Part shown: positions 37,235-49,133 of the stretch, piece by piece | Position numbering within the stretch: position 1 is the stretch's first letter | How the letters are laid out: every line of letters begins with the position of its first letter | The notes under the pieces: generated by a model | Told to the model about the DNA's origin: nothing | The model's database searches: none | The model's input: only the letters and a program-made list of their open reading frames with translations | Position numbers and translations under genes: made by a program | Assembly: GCA_025201805.1 (NCBI GenBank) | Contig: MU619261.1 | Span: forward strand, 208,445 to 272,444 | Direction: 5' to 3' | DNA length: 64,000 nt | Source of the DNA: Parasitella parasitica NRRL 2501 | Lineage: Eukaryota > Fungi > Mucoromycota

Positions 37235-37762
37235 TTATATCTGTTTCCTAATCAAGCAAATGTACAGTATAATGTATAGAATGATATCATGTTTAATTTT
37301 AGTTTCATGCATATGTAAGACGTTATTTTTAACATGAGGACTATATACAGTCAAACCTATGAAAGTGACAATTATTTTTGTAAAACCGCCAATTTCCATT
37401 GGTTTGACTGTATAATGATATTTACCTGTGTTTGTTGGTGTTACAAAGTCTCCTTGTTTTGCTGCTAATGACTTTGAGTTTGTAGAGACAGCATTTGCTG
37501 GAGGCACCCAAATGTCGAGTGATTTGCTGCTTGCAGGATTTTGCTGTGAAGAATTCATGCTAATAGGCTTGTACACGGCTCTAATCGAGTTCAAAACGGG
37601 ATTTTTATCCAAAATGATGTTCTTGGCGCTTAGCGTCGCGTTCATGTGGTCCTGGATAACGAGAAGAGATTGGGATTGACTATGAGCTAGAAAAGGGGCA
37701 TACAGCAAGATGGTTGCAGAGATTGGCAACAAAACAGACATCAAAAGACGAAATAGATGCAT
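37235..37762 (-). CDS. Putative small secreted Ser/Asn-rich protein; 3' exon structure uncertain
   Basis: Hydrophobic N-terminus MHLFRLLMSVLLPISATILLYAPFLAHS. Probable donor near 37425, so the real 3' end may extend to ~37060. Confidence 0.5.
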   Translation of the reverse strand: MHLFRLLMSVLLPISATILLYAPFLAHSQSQSLLVIQDHMNATLSAKNIILDKNPVLNSIRAVYKPISMNSSQQNPASSKSLDIWVPPANAVSTNSKSLAAKQGDFVTPTNTGKYHYTVKPMEIGGFTKIIVTFIGLTVYSPHVKNNVLHMHETKIKHDIILYIILYICLIRKQI

Positions 37763-37888
37763 GACAGAAAAAGATGGAGAAAGAATTCAGCTTATCATCA
37801 TTTCAATTGTTGATTTTTATATACTATATTTTGTAAAAAAAAATTTAACACTTTCATTGTGAAGGGGTTTCATTGTGATAGCCAGCTT

Positions 37889-38972
37889 TTATGTGCATGA
37901 AAATATCGCCAGAGTCTTCTTGACTCTTTTTGATAATCCCTGGTAGTTTTGTTGTCCCAATTTGAAGTGCTGTTGATGCTGGTTGGCTTGTGTTACTGGA
38001 TGATAACAAAATTCTTTGTGGTTATCTTTATGTAACTGTGGTCGTGGTTGCAGCTTATCCCTGACAATCACTACGGGTATACTAGAATGTTTGAGTCTAT
38101 ACTTGAATATACCGGCACCGGAATAAGCATGTTTGTATTTCGCTTTATTTCTGGATCCAACAACTAGCATCGAAGGTTGATACATCCGCAGCTGTTGCCA
38201 TGCAGAAAAAAAAATTTGTCAATCAGTATTCTCATATTATCAACTGGTGCAAATACCATTTCTTCTAAAGCAAGTTCAGGTCTGCCAAATGTTAATTCTA
38301 CAACCATGCTTATCTAAATTGGAATAATCATACAGTGAATATAGGCTAGTCTACATGGATTTATATATTACATTGTCCCCTTGGTGCGATTCTACTATCC
38401 AATTCATTATCTCTTGTGCTTTATCTTTTGGCTGAAGCTCCTCGTCATCTATTATGTATAAAAAATTACAACCAAATATCTGATACTCATCATCTTCTTA
38501 CGATGTAAATATATATATATATATATACCTGCAAGTTGGCCTTGTGAATAGACGCCAACGACAACAACTTCATCTCCTTCGTCTACGAGATTCTAGATGT
38601 TGGTGATTTTAGGAATAGGATATGTGTCTTTGTATGTGTCAAATTGTTGTCATTAGTGATAAATACCGTCAATGCAAATACAAGTGGTTCTACACTACGG
38701 CAGTCTAAATCAATAGCCACGATAAATGTACGGGTTCTTCTGTTTCTTTCAAACCCTTTACTGCACTGCTTTAGTGTAAAAGATTGAAATGCAGGTGAGA
38801 TATTGGTGACGTTGTCAAAGGAAACTCGTCTTTGATATGTTCTTGAGCTATCAAAAGAGGACTGGATCGAATGGCGTGATTCCAAAGATAACGATGAAGC
38901 TTGCTTATTTAGTTTCGAAGCCAGAGAAGGTTCAACAATCAGTACTTTTCTTGGTTTATTTTCTGCCATCAT
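37889..38972 (-). CDS. Universal stress protein (USP) domain protein, fungal type, multi-exon
   Basis: RRVSFDN, RTRTFIVAIDL, spliced DEVVVVGV, VVELTFGRPELALEEM, YQPSMLVVGSR, YRLKHSSIPVVIVR. Confidence 0.85.
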
Positions 38973-39207
38973 TTGCCGTGCTACTATGCGAAAGAAAGAT
39001 TTCTATGTAAGTTTCCGACATCTACTATACAGTGCAAAACGATTTATTTGTTTATTGGTGAAAGCTTTGTTTTGATGGACACAGACAAAATATATAAGCA
39101 TTTGGGCTAAAATAATCTGATGGCTAGAAGAAAAATTTACAATTCTGTTGTACAATATATAATATGAAGAGGAGTTATATGGAATTAGTTTGTTAAAATG
39201 CAAATTG

Positions 39208-40269
39208 CTATTGGCGAAATTGCTGTTGTTGTAGTTGCCACGAGTCAGTAGGTTGTTGTTGTTGGCCTAGGGCTGATACAGTATTATGGGCAAACGGAAC
39301 TTGCTTCAATTTGGCAATATGCGAATGTTCAATGTGGTACTTCAGTCCATTGAGATTCTTGTAGCGTTTGTTGCAATAACCAATTGTACACATGTACGGC
39401 TTCTGAGCGTCTCTTTCTGCCTCACTTAAAGTATCCTCCTCTGAGTGCCCATGCATTTGATGATATTTAAGTCCATTTGGATTTTTATAAGCCTTATCGC
39501 AACCCTCAATAGGACATTTATAGGGTTTATCTTGACCATCGTCTATAAATTTGGTGTCAGTAGACGACCACTCAATGACTCATTTTAAAGAACTTACCAC
39601 AAGTTTGGTACAATGCTTCAGATCTAAAATAATGTAGACTTTCATGGGCGGCTATAGGTGAGCTTGTATCTATCAGTGCTGGTAAAGCTTGCTTCAAGAT
39701 ATCTTCAGTATGTTGGCTTTGGCTGATAATTGGAGACGATAATACTTCATTAGTGGTTGTAGGATCACTAGGAGCAGGAACGTCTCCTACTGGCGTGGGC
39801 ACCCGTACTTCGATGTTCTTCCGGATTAATGGGCTACTGGTAAGCGCAGCAAGTTCATGGGGCTGCGTGGGCAAGGCCGTAGAAAACGTATCAACACCCT
39901 CCATCACCATGTCACTAACATCATCTTCTCCTTCTTTTGGTTCTGGTTCTTCTTCAATAGGGGCATGATGATGTTCCTCATAATGATGTAACAGTTCGTG
40001 CAAATCTTTGACTCGAGTACCACAGCAAACTAAATCACTGCAAAAAGCAGACTCTAATTCTCTTTGGTGTACAAAGCTGTCTCTGTGCTGAAATAAAGCT
40101 GGCATCGTGTGTGATGAAGGTGAATACGACATTGCTGAAGCTCCATTACCACTACTACATAATATACACAAGAATTCATTGAACCGACTTATATTGACGA
40201 CATATATATGAGATATACTTACATGGATTGTTTCCGCTTAAAGCTTATATTTATATTTTGTGATGCCAT
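39208..40269 (-). CDS. SFP1: Sfp1-like split C2H2 zinc-finger transcription factor (3 exons)
   Basis: LESAFCSDLVCCG...DLHELLHHYEEHH, then KPYKCPIEGCDKAYKNPNGLKYHQMHGH and KPYMC..CNKRYKNLNGLKYH. Confidence 0.85.
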
Positions 40270-42099
40270 GTATGTTTATTGTTTCAATTAAGAGAATTTC
40301 TTACACAATAACAAAAGATGAAAAGGGAGAAGATAGAAAAGCAAATTATGAAAACAAGTTTCAGTTTTGGTTTCAAATGTAGCAAGGATATATAGGAAAA
40401 AGTGACAGGTTTGATGTGATCAAATTATTAATTGATCATTGCTGATTCATCGCACCAATGTTATGTCATATACTAAGCGATACCTGTTACACAAAATCCT
40501 ACACAATATTGTCTACAAATAATGTCAATACTACTATATTTATATCGCAATCTCTGTTACTCTACAGTAAAGTCTCTTTAAAGGCTAATCAAGACATCTG
40601 ATTATAAACTTTAAAAAAAGTAATTAGCCTTGGAGAGAGATGGGTACTATGGAAATTACTGAGGTCATTCAAGAAGTTTTCATAAAAAAAACGCACAAAA
40701 GCAAACTTTTATATTCCAATGTTAGATTGAGTCTTGTATACACACATTGAAGCGATTAATAAACTGGAAATATTTGTTTATCTAGTCAAAATACGTATAC
40801 ATGCCTATAATAGGAGTAACCGATGGCTAAAAAAAACAATTGTCTGTATAGTATATTTTGCAGTTCAATTTGTATACAAGAAATGCTATTAATTAATATT
40901 TTGTAATCATGTAAACATAGGCTTTTTCCAGAAAATTATTTTACTATTTTGTAATGCATTAAATGTAAACATTATGCATCAAATCAACATTTCTAGCCAA
41001 AATGCACGACGGCTTCATAATTTGTATATTAATACGCACACATGTAGGTATTAAAAAGGACAAATAAAGCAAAAATAAAGATCATTGACTTTTTAACCCC
41101 TAGAATTTTAAATAAGACATGTAACCTTTTGTGTCAAATAAAATATCATTATTTTTTTTAAAACATAGGAGATATATCTAATTTTATATAGCTCGCTTAG
41201 AAAGATGTTTTGATCTGACATTATTGATGTGACTCATACAATTGCAATATATACCATTATGTTACGATCAATATAGCCGTTACCGATTTTCTTTTTGACA
41301 GGAAACGATTTCAAGTTTCCTTAACAACGACGAGTATTTTTTAATTAGTCGTAAATCTCTATAAAAATCGTAAATTATATTCAGGCACATGAATGTGATT
41401 TTCTCTTAACCGGACTAAATCTTTTGTGCTCCATCTAACAAATTGGATATACAATATGTCTTGTACTACATGCAATCGAACTATGATAATCAAGTGAAGG
41501 CATAATAGCGGCGCGATGTCGTTAGAGAGCTAGAGACGTCTAAGATTATGATACTTTTTGACCATCAACGCACTTGATTTATATAATGTCAAAAAATAAT
41601 GTTGCTTCTAGCAGACTAAAGAGAGATGTTAAGTAAATCTTTACAAATTACAATAACATGTCCTAACCCCTGCGTCGCTCTAAACCGTTGTTATTATCAT
41701 GCGTTCAAACCGGGGCAACAGACTATTAAAAAAGCGCTCCAAACGGTGTATTGATTTTTTAGTTTCCATTATAAATATGTGAGAAAATAAATGTATCATA
41801 CGAAATCTGGGGTACATTTAGACATGGCTTTTTGCAACTACTGCAACCAAAGAAAGTGACATTTTTTGTGCCAGTTAAAGCAGCAAAAAGCGAGAATGAA
41901 AGGCCTTTAAAAAAGGGAATGCATTCGCTTTTAAAATGTGGAAAATATACAACATTTCTTCACATTGTTTATTTTTTACATAACGGTAAATACTTGTGCC
42001 GTTTATTCTTAAAAGAGTGACATGGTCCCCACTTTTTTTTATTTTTTTTTTTATTATTTTGACTATAACAAATCACTTTCTTCTTCTCTTCTGATTGCT

Positions 42100-42184
<85 letters not shown>

Positions 42185-42210
42185 TTCTTTCTCTCTCTCT
42201 CTCTTTCTCC
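42100..42210. repeat. (CT)n microsatellite in the 5' region of the Gti1/Pac2 gene
   Basis: Directly visible. It explains the SLSLSL ORF in the track. Confidence 0.95.
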
Positions 42211-42471
42211 CTTCTGTTTAGTCTGCTTTGTCTACTTCAAAAACGAGCATTTTGTTTTATAGTATTGAATAATTTCTAGAAGAAATTTAGAAGGAACCCT
42301 CCCCCCCCTTTTTTATTTCTTTTAACGATTTATTTAAACATTTGACGTTATCATCGTTAAAGAATTAACTAGCTTTCGAAAATCTAATCTGTATATATTT
42401 TTATATTGATATTTACCCCCCTTTAAAAGTAGTAATTACACTATCGTTTTCTGTATCTAGAAAAAAAAGCA

Positions 42472-44195
42472 ATGTTGGTCACAGAAACATTTCATGGTTA
42501 CATTGAAACGACGCAAGATGTATTGTTGATATTTGAAGGTTGTCGCAGAGGATTGCTTCCAAGGATATGTAGACGACTTCAAGAACGTGAGCGTAAAATG
42601 ATCAGATCAGGTTCCATCTTTGTATTTGATGAAAGAGAATCAGGTAAAAAAAAAGTAACGAAAATATTCACGGCACAAACTTAGAAACTTTAAAATTATT
42701 CCCCATCCACTCAATCTTAGGCATTAAACGTTGGACAGACGGCCGAGTCTGGAGTCCTTCTCGTATTTTGGGCAACTTTTTAATTTATCGAGAATTAGAT
42801 AAGAAAGCCGGTGAAAAGAAATTAGCTGCACTTAACAACAATAACAATAGCAATGAAAGAAGAAGCTTCAGTTTGGATAGCACAGTTGATAGAAACAAGG
42901 AGCGCCAACTTGTTGGTAGTTTATCAGACTCTTATAGATTTAAAGAAGACGGTCTCATCAAAAAGACAATGTCCATTATTGTAAATGGTGTAGCCCAACA
43001 TCTTATCTCTTATTATGATCCTCAAGAAGTACTGCAAGAGAAATTACGTGCTCCTTCCTCGGTGCCTGAATTAGCCAGCCTTGAAATTTCACCCGAATTA
43101 CTTGTCAAGCAAAACTTTAGAATCCCCCCTTTAGTCGAACCAACATTTGATCAAAATGATCATCATCTAGGGTCTATTACTCCTCCTGAGGCATCTACGT
43201 CCACCGGTTTCAATACAACACGTGCAATGCATCCTCTACGCAGTATGTCTGTAGGATCTATTCGCCATGAACAGCAACAGCAACAACTGATGTATCACCC
43301 ATATCAACAACCACACCAGCACAGACCTCAATCTCCTTCGACTAATAACTTTCAGCATCCCCTATCTATACCAAATGTATATGGAAATAATAACAGCAAT
43401 ACTAATAATACTACAGGATTTCACGCTACAAACATGCCTTCTCCTTCGAGCTTGACATCTTCACCTAGTACACCTATGCTTTCGCCCTCTCGCTATCACC
43501 ACCAGCAACATCATCAACAACAGCAGCACCAAAGGCACTATTCAACTTCATCCGTTTCCTCTATATCATTGCCGAGATTTGACCCTCGCAACTATTCTGA
43601 TCCCATGCGACAAGGCTCCTCTTCGTCTTCTTTGAACCAAATCATGACCTCGGAACAAAGTGAGCGTTTTGCTTCTCCTAATCTTGGTCAGCTATTAAAT
43701 CCTATCCATCCTCTCAACAATACCAATTCAACTAATGATGCTTCTTCAACTCCTGTGACAGCTTCTCCCGCTAGTAACGATATTTTGCAGTCTATGGGTA
43801 TTCATCAGCACTATGAATATAATTCATCTAACCTGCGTAATTCCATCAGCAGTGCTAGCAACGGCAATAATCATCATCAAGGTAGCCATGTTGATATAAA
43901 GCTTGAAATGAACCCACATACTTCCAATGGCAGTAATGATGGCAATAGGGGTGATAATCACAATCATAGCCATTTGCATCGCCATGGCGGGGGCGCCGGC
44001 GCCAGCAGTGATGGTTGTACTGAAGGAAGTAGTGGTGGAGGCGGAGGCGGAGGAGGTGATGAAAGCGGTATAGATTATATGTACTATCAACGCCCTTTAG
44101 CCAACCATCAACAACATTTGCATAATAATTTTATGTTTCAGCAACAAGATGTTTATACAAATGCCCAAGATCATAATGATTTAATGTTAAAATAA
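42472..44195 (+). CDS. Gti1/Pac2 (WOPR-domain) transcription factor, 2 exons
   Basis: TFHGYIETTQDVLLIFEGCRRG...IRSGSIFVFDERESG|IKRWTDGRVWSPSRILGNFLIYRE...GLIKKTMS...HLISYY. Intron 42643-42720. Q/N/H-rich tail. Confidence 0.95.
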
Positions 44196-45367
44196 TTTGC
44201 AGATTGCCTTTTTCGTTTTTCTTTATATTGTATTGCTTTTTTTTTAAAACCCTTTCCATTGTTTCTTTTTGTTTAAAGAAATATTGTATACATATCTTGC
44301 GGTTCTTTTTTATTTATTTTCCTTTGTATGCATGTACATTTTTGTGTAAGAATTGGTCATCTCGATCAATGAAATCTTGAAATAAAAAAACTGCGAAAAT
44401 CTATAATATCTACGTCTATTTGTATTGGTACAAACCCAACCAAAGAAGGTGATTTATGAGCTCTCATTTTATAGTCTATATCATTAGCGCGCTTAATGAT
44501 TCGCCTATTGCCACCTTGGTCATTTCACCGACCTATTTAATCTTTACGACAGCAAAGCAAAGGTTTTAAAACACAAGCTGTGTTCTATTAAAAATGTTCA
44601 TGCCTGCAAAAAAAAACCGCTCCTTTTTATGTATACATAAAAAAGGGGGAGGAGGGGACAATTACAAAGCGACAAATAAAAAGCAACCAAAGTTCATGAC
44701 GAAAAAAGACGCAGCGATCAAGTTATAATGGAAAAGATCGAGTGGACTCGATTGGGAAATGAGATTAAAAAATGGATACAGAATCTCAATTCTAAACTCA
44801 TCCTGATCGAATATGTGGTCCTTGGGTGCGTAGACCGTCCGTCCATCACACAGTTTTAAAGTTATTAGCTTTTATTCTGCTTCGCCATGTCAAATCCAGG
44901 TACAGATTAAAATATTAAAAAACTGCCTTATATTGTTGATAAAGAATGTTTTCGCTCAACCTCATCAGCATTGAAGATTGGCAAGAAATCAGTCTCCCAA
45001 AACTGAAGAGCAAAAAACTGGGTTTCTTCGCTGCTGCTATTTTAGTCAAAAAGCAACTACTTTTGTAGCGAAATTCCGTATATGCGTCGCCCTGCGGGAA
45101 TAAAGTATATATCGGGCAGCCTTGATGATAGCGGTATCAGACAAGTATAAAACATGGCTTGATTTGTTCGTTATGCAAAGTTATAAGCGTTTATATGCAT
45201 ATTTTCAATAAAAATTGTTGATTTTTGTGGCCACTGTTTATGTACTATACGCATAGCTTGCTTCCAACGGAAACAATGTATGTAGCAGATGAGACTGACT
45301 TTAGAGGACATGTTATTTATCATGTCTGATCTTGGATAGCAATGTGAGGGGTCTCGTTATTAGAAGT

Positions 45368-45601
45368 TGTTATATCAATAACATGCTTTAGTGCTTGTGG
45401 CCAGATCAAGGGGCTAAAGCCAATGGATAAAAAAATGATTTACATCGCATGCTCTATATAGTAAACCTTAGTTGCAGCCGTACATTACGACGTTAGTACA
45501 TAATGTTGGTTCATATAAATACACCAAGAAGATGTATTTCCTAATAAAAATGAAACTATTTGGCAGATTCATTTTACGGACTAATTTTGACATAATAACA
45601 G
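45368..45601. repeat. Dispersed repeat family B, copy 2
   Basis: Colinear with 14980-15209, same orientation, with scattered substitutions. Confidence 0.9.
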
Positions 45602-46687
45602 AAGGTATATACCAAAAACCATTGTTTATTTATACCGTAGTAGTAATGAAGTAAAGAAGAATATTTAAAAACTTCGTAGTATCAATAATAGAATCACCAT
45701 ATCAGTAGTAGAAGAAATATAATAGTTATTCGCCATCATTAAGCGTGGCACAATGGCTATGAGAGTGAACAGCTTGGACAGCTTCGTGAAGCGAAACAAG
45801 CTTGGCACATATTCAGCTCGTCTTCTTGTAGAAATACTGTAGTGGTTATAAGTAACATAAAACTCCTTTGAACAATTGCAGCTGATAAAATCTCCAGAGC
45901 ATGCAATAATAGTAGCTTTAATCAGAGTTATTGACATCCAAGCTGCAGAAGAAAGTGCTTTCCATCCATTTTTGCCTAACGGACTCTCATAAAAATCAAG
46001 TAAATTGATGATTATAGAGTGTCGTATTCACATGTTGGCGTTTGCCTTTCTTCCTTCCCTTCAATCAGCTCTTCAGAGCGTTTCTATTGACTCAATATTC
46101 CATTATAGAAAATGTTCTTCAGTTAAATATTTGAACTTTCGCTGCGATTTTCAGATGCATGCTCTAGCTTTTAATCAAGCCACAGGGATTCGTTTAAATT
46201 CGCATGCTTGTCAACAGTGTTACTATTACAATTCTCTTTTTTTTTTTGCTTTTGTTTTTGTTTTTATTGTTTTTTTTTGCCTATTTTCATTAATATTTGA
46301 GAACGGAGCCATCCATATAGTTTAGAAACATGTTTACTCTTGGAATGGGCTTCATTTGGAATCTATTTAAATCTCTTTAGAGATCAGCACAATTTATACC
46401 TATGGTCTGCATTGTTTTGCATGCATCTTTTACCATGTAGCTTTAATGCAGCAAGGTCTTTCAAAACTCACTGCATTTGCTCTGTCTCATATACACCATC
46501 GAACTAGATACAAATAGTTTTATTTTACACGCTTTGCATTTATACATACATTTTTGTGTTTACGCCAGTGCAGTTCACCATAAAGGATTCTCACAAATAA
46601 TAATAATTATGAAAAAAGTATATATATTCGCATGAAACTTGATTTGCCCCCAGGGCAACTATTTAATTCACTCATATTTTAATAAAA

Positions 46688-47005
46688 ATGCATTTAGTGA
46701 CTCAAATACTCATCTCATTAGCACTCGCAAGCTACATGGTACAGATATCCCAAGCTTTGCCTACAGATGGAATGATTGGTAAATCTGAAGGCCATTCCCT
46801 GAGTAAGCGTAACGGCCTCCCTCTTGTTAGCGACTTACTTGGTGGTATTGGCAATAACAGGAGTGGTGCCACTCCTAATGCAGTAGCAGCAGAAAATGCT
46901 CAACTAATGGGTCATGGCAAGATTAGCAAGACTGGCAAGAGTACAAAATCCAAGAAGCAAAAGAAGCAGAAAAAGGCGAAGAAACATTTAAAGAAGAATC
47001 AATAA
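46688..47005 (+). CDS. Small secreted Kex2-site precursor with a GLPLVSDLLGG motif and Lys-rich tail
   Basis: Signal-peptide-like MHLVTQILISLALASYMVQISQA/LP, propeptide ending LSKR, then NGLPLVSDLLGGIG and a basic C-terminus. Confidence 0.8.
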   Translation: MHLVTQILISLALASYMVQISQALPTDGMIGKSEGHSLSKRNGLPLVSDLLGGIGNNRSGATPNAVAAENAQLMGHGKISKTGKSTKSKKQKKQKKAKKHLKKNQ

Positions 47006-48305
47006 ATGGCCCCTGTTATTGAGCAGTTAGGGCAATGGCAAAATAAATCTTGCGTTATGGTGTACTTGAACAGCAAAAATAAAGAAGTCTATATACTTAC
47101 AACAATTGTTGATTGTGGCGAAAGAAGAGTGCATATTCAGATTGTGTGAGGTATCATAATACTGTGATTACTTATTCAAGTACATTTATGATTTGTGCAT
47201 GTACAAGTCATTTAAGCGCTCTATTTAGATCAGAGATCGACCTTACACTGAAATTGACTCAGATCAGTATTAGAATTTATATTGACAATACAGCCACTAT
47301 ATGATATTACCATAGTATAAGCTTACACAAATAGCTTGTTGAGCTTTCATAGAAGACTAACCATAGTCATTTTATCCACATTAATGTCATAAACTAGGGA
47401 CATTGTATAAAATACTATCACGCACATCAAGGATAAATAACGCAATACAGAAAGACTAATTAATGCAATACAGAAAAAAAAAAATTAAAAGAGAAATACT
47501 ACTAAGAAAGGAGCTATACTATGTATGCTTGCATCTACTTTATTCTTCTTTTTGTACATCTTCCTAGTAAAAACACAGAGGATACATTCACCATTTCTCA
47601 TGCGGCTGCAACAGTTTTGATTGTTCATACAATGGGCCCCCTAATTGATCTTTCTCCCTTCTTTGCCTACCCCGTCCTAATTTACCCCTTACATACTAGA
47701 GTTGTTGGAGTATTTCAACGTTTAGCTACATATCACACATACAATCTGACACAGGCTTCGAATGAGGCCTGTGTTTCTTACTTGGGAATAGCGACTGCAA
47801 AATACCAAAAAGGGGGAGTATCTCGCTCAAAAAGAAGGGGAAGACTTGGATGAAACGGGATAAGGGATCAGAAGAAATGGCAGCACCAAATACACCAACA
47901 GCAGGTACAACGACAATTGGTAAGGCTGTGTTCTTGAAATATATATGTATATATTTATTCATTTTTATTCATTAATATATGATAGCTCTAATGAAAAATG
48001 TAATGAAATATTGTGGGTGTAGTACATCATTATACTCAAGACACGTGAGCCACCTTTTGCTTGAGCTTATAAAGAATATAGACAGGTGGACCTGAAGAAA
48101 GCTAAATAATAGGAGTATCTCAATGTTTCCTACTTGCAACACAAATCCTCCCTCTTTATAGTATGCATATGAGTATATATATATATTTTTTTTTTTTTTA
48201 CTAAGACCACTATAATCCTTATTCATATATAAGGGTTAATTACCAGTTTTCTTTCCATTGATTTTTAATACTCTCTTTTTAACTTTATAGAACTTTTTGT
48301 ATAAA

Positions 48306-49133
48306 ATGCGCACACATACATTATTTGCCGTAGCACTTGCTAGTTTCTTGATCAATTTCTCAGAAGCAGCCACCTTGAACAAGCGAAATGAAGCGGTCGA
48401 TATGGTGACAGGTTTTGTGACACCAGGAGGTGTCAGTAACTTGGCTGGAACTGCTGCTAGTTCAGTTCCTTCCACTGCTGGTGTATTGGGTAAACGTGAA
48501 GAGGAAATGAAGAGAGATCTCTTGGGTGGCTTGCCTCTCGTTGGTGGCCTTTTGGGAGGTGATGGAAAGGCAGCCCCTGCTTCAGCAAAGAAAGGCAGTA
48601 AAGGCAAAGGCACAGCATCAACTGGAGAAGATGGTCTTTTAGGCGGTTTAGTAAAGCGAGATCTCTTGGGTGGTGGCTTGCCTCTCGTTGGTGACCTTTT
48701 GGGAGGTGATGGAAAGGCAGCCCCTGCTTCAGCAAAGAAAGGCAGTAAAGGCAAAGGCACAGCATCAACTGGAGAAGATGGTCTTTTAGGCGGTTTAGTA
48801 AAGCGAGATCTCTTAGGTGGTGGCTTGCCTCTCGTTGGTGACCTTTTGGGAGGTGATGGAAAGGCAGCCCCTGCTTCAGCAAAGAAAGGCAGTAAAGGCA
48901 AAGGCACAGCATCAACTGGAGAAGATGGTCTTTTAGGCGGTTTAGTAAAGCGAGATCTCTTAGGTGGTGGCTTGCCTCTTGTTGGTGACCTTTTGGGAAG
49001 TGATGGAAATCCCGGCAAGAAAGCTAAGCAAGCTGCAACAAAGGGCAATGGTCGTGGCCGTAAGAGCAGTAGTAAAACACAAGAAGAAGGTGGTGTGTTA
49101 GGTGGTGGGTTGCCTGTTATTGGCGGCCTTTAG
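48306..49133 (+). CDS. Secreted Kex2-processed repeat protein (KEP-type peptide precursor)
   Basis: Signal peptide MRTHTLFAVALASFLINFSEA, six KR sites, and four KR-delimited repeats starting DLLGG(G)LPLVG(G/D)LLG. Intronless. True ATG at 48306. Confidence 0.9.
   Translation: MRTHTLFAVALASFLINFSEAATLNKRNEAVDMVTGFVTPGGVSNLAGTAASSVPSTAGVLGKREEEMKRDLLGGLPLVGGLLGGDGKAAPASAKKGSKGKGTASTGEDGLLGGLVKRDLLGGGLPLVGDLLGGDGKAAPASAKKGSKGKGTASTGEDGLLGGLVKRDLLGGGLPLVGDLLGGDGKAAPASAKKGSKGKGTASTGEDGLLGGLVKRDLLGGGLPLVGDLLGSDGNPGKKAKQAATKGNGRGRKSSSKTQEEGGVLGGGLPVIGGL
48516..49000 (+). repeat. Coding tandem repeat, units of 144/147/147 bp plus a partial fourth
   Basis: Units start at 48516, 48660, 48807 and 48954. 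Units 2 and 3 are almost base-identical. Confidence 0.97.

Noticed and set aside
42022-42279. 85-aa SLSLSL ORF (and the ER-rich ORF at 35993-36205)
   Set aside because: Translations of CT/GA microsatellites in promoter or UTR DNA.
48516-49000. CRISPR-like array
   Set aside because: Contiguous in-frame coding tandem repeat with no unique spacers, in a eukaryote.
48236-49048. Long antisense ORFs (270 aa and 152 aa) over the repeat gene
   Set aside because: They result from repeating a stop-free 147-bp unit. The signal peptide and KR logic support only the + strand.
15674-49133. The P450 as a tailoring enzyme for the repeat peptides (RiPP cluster)
   Set aside because: It is ~29 kb away with many unrelated genes between, and the peptides lack the aromatic residues usually cross-linked.
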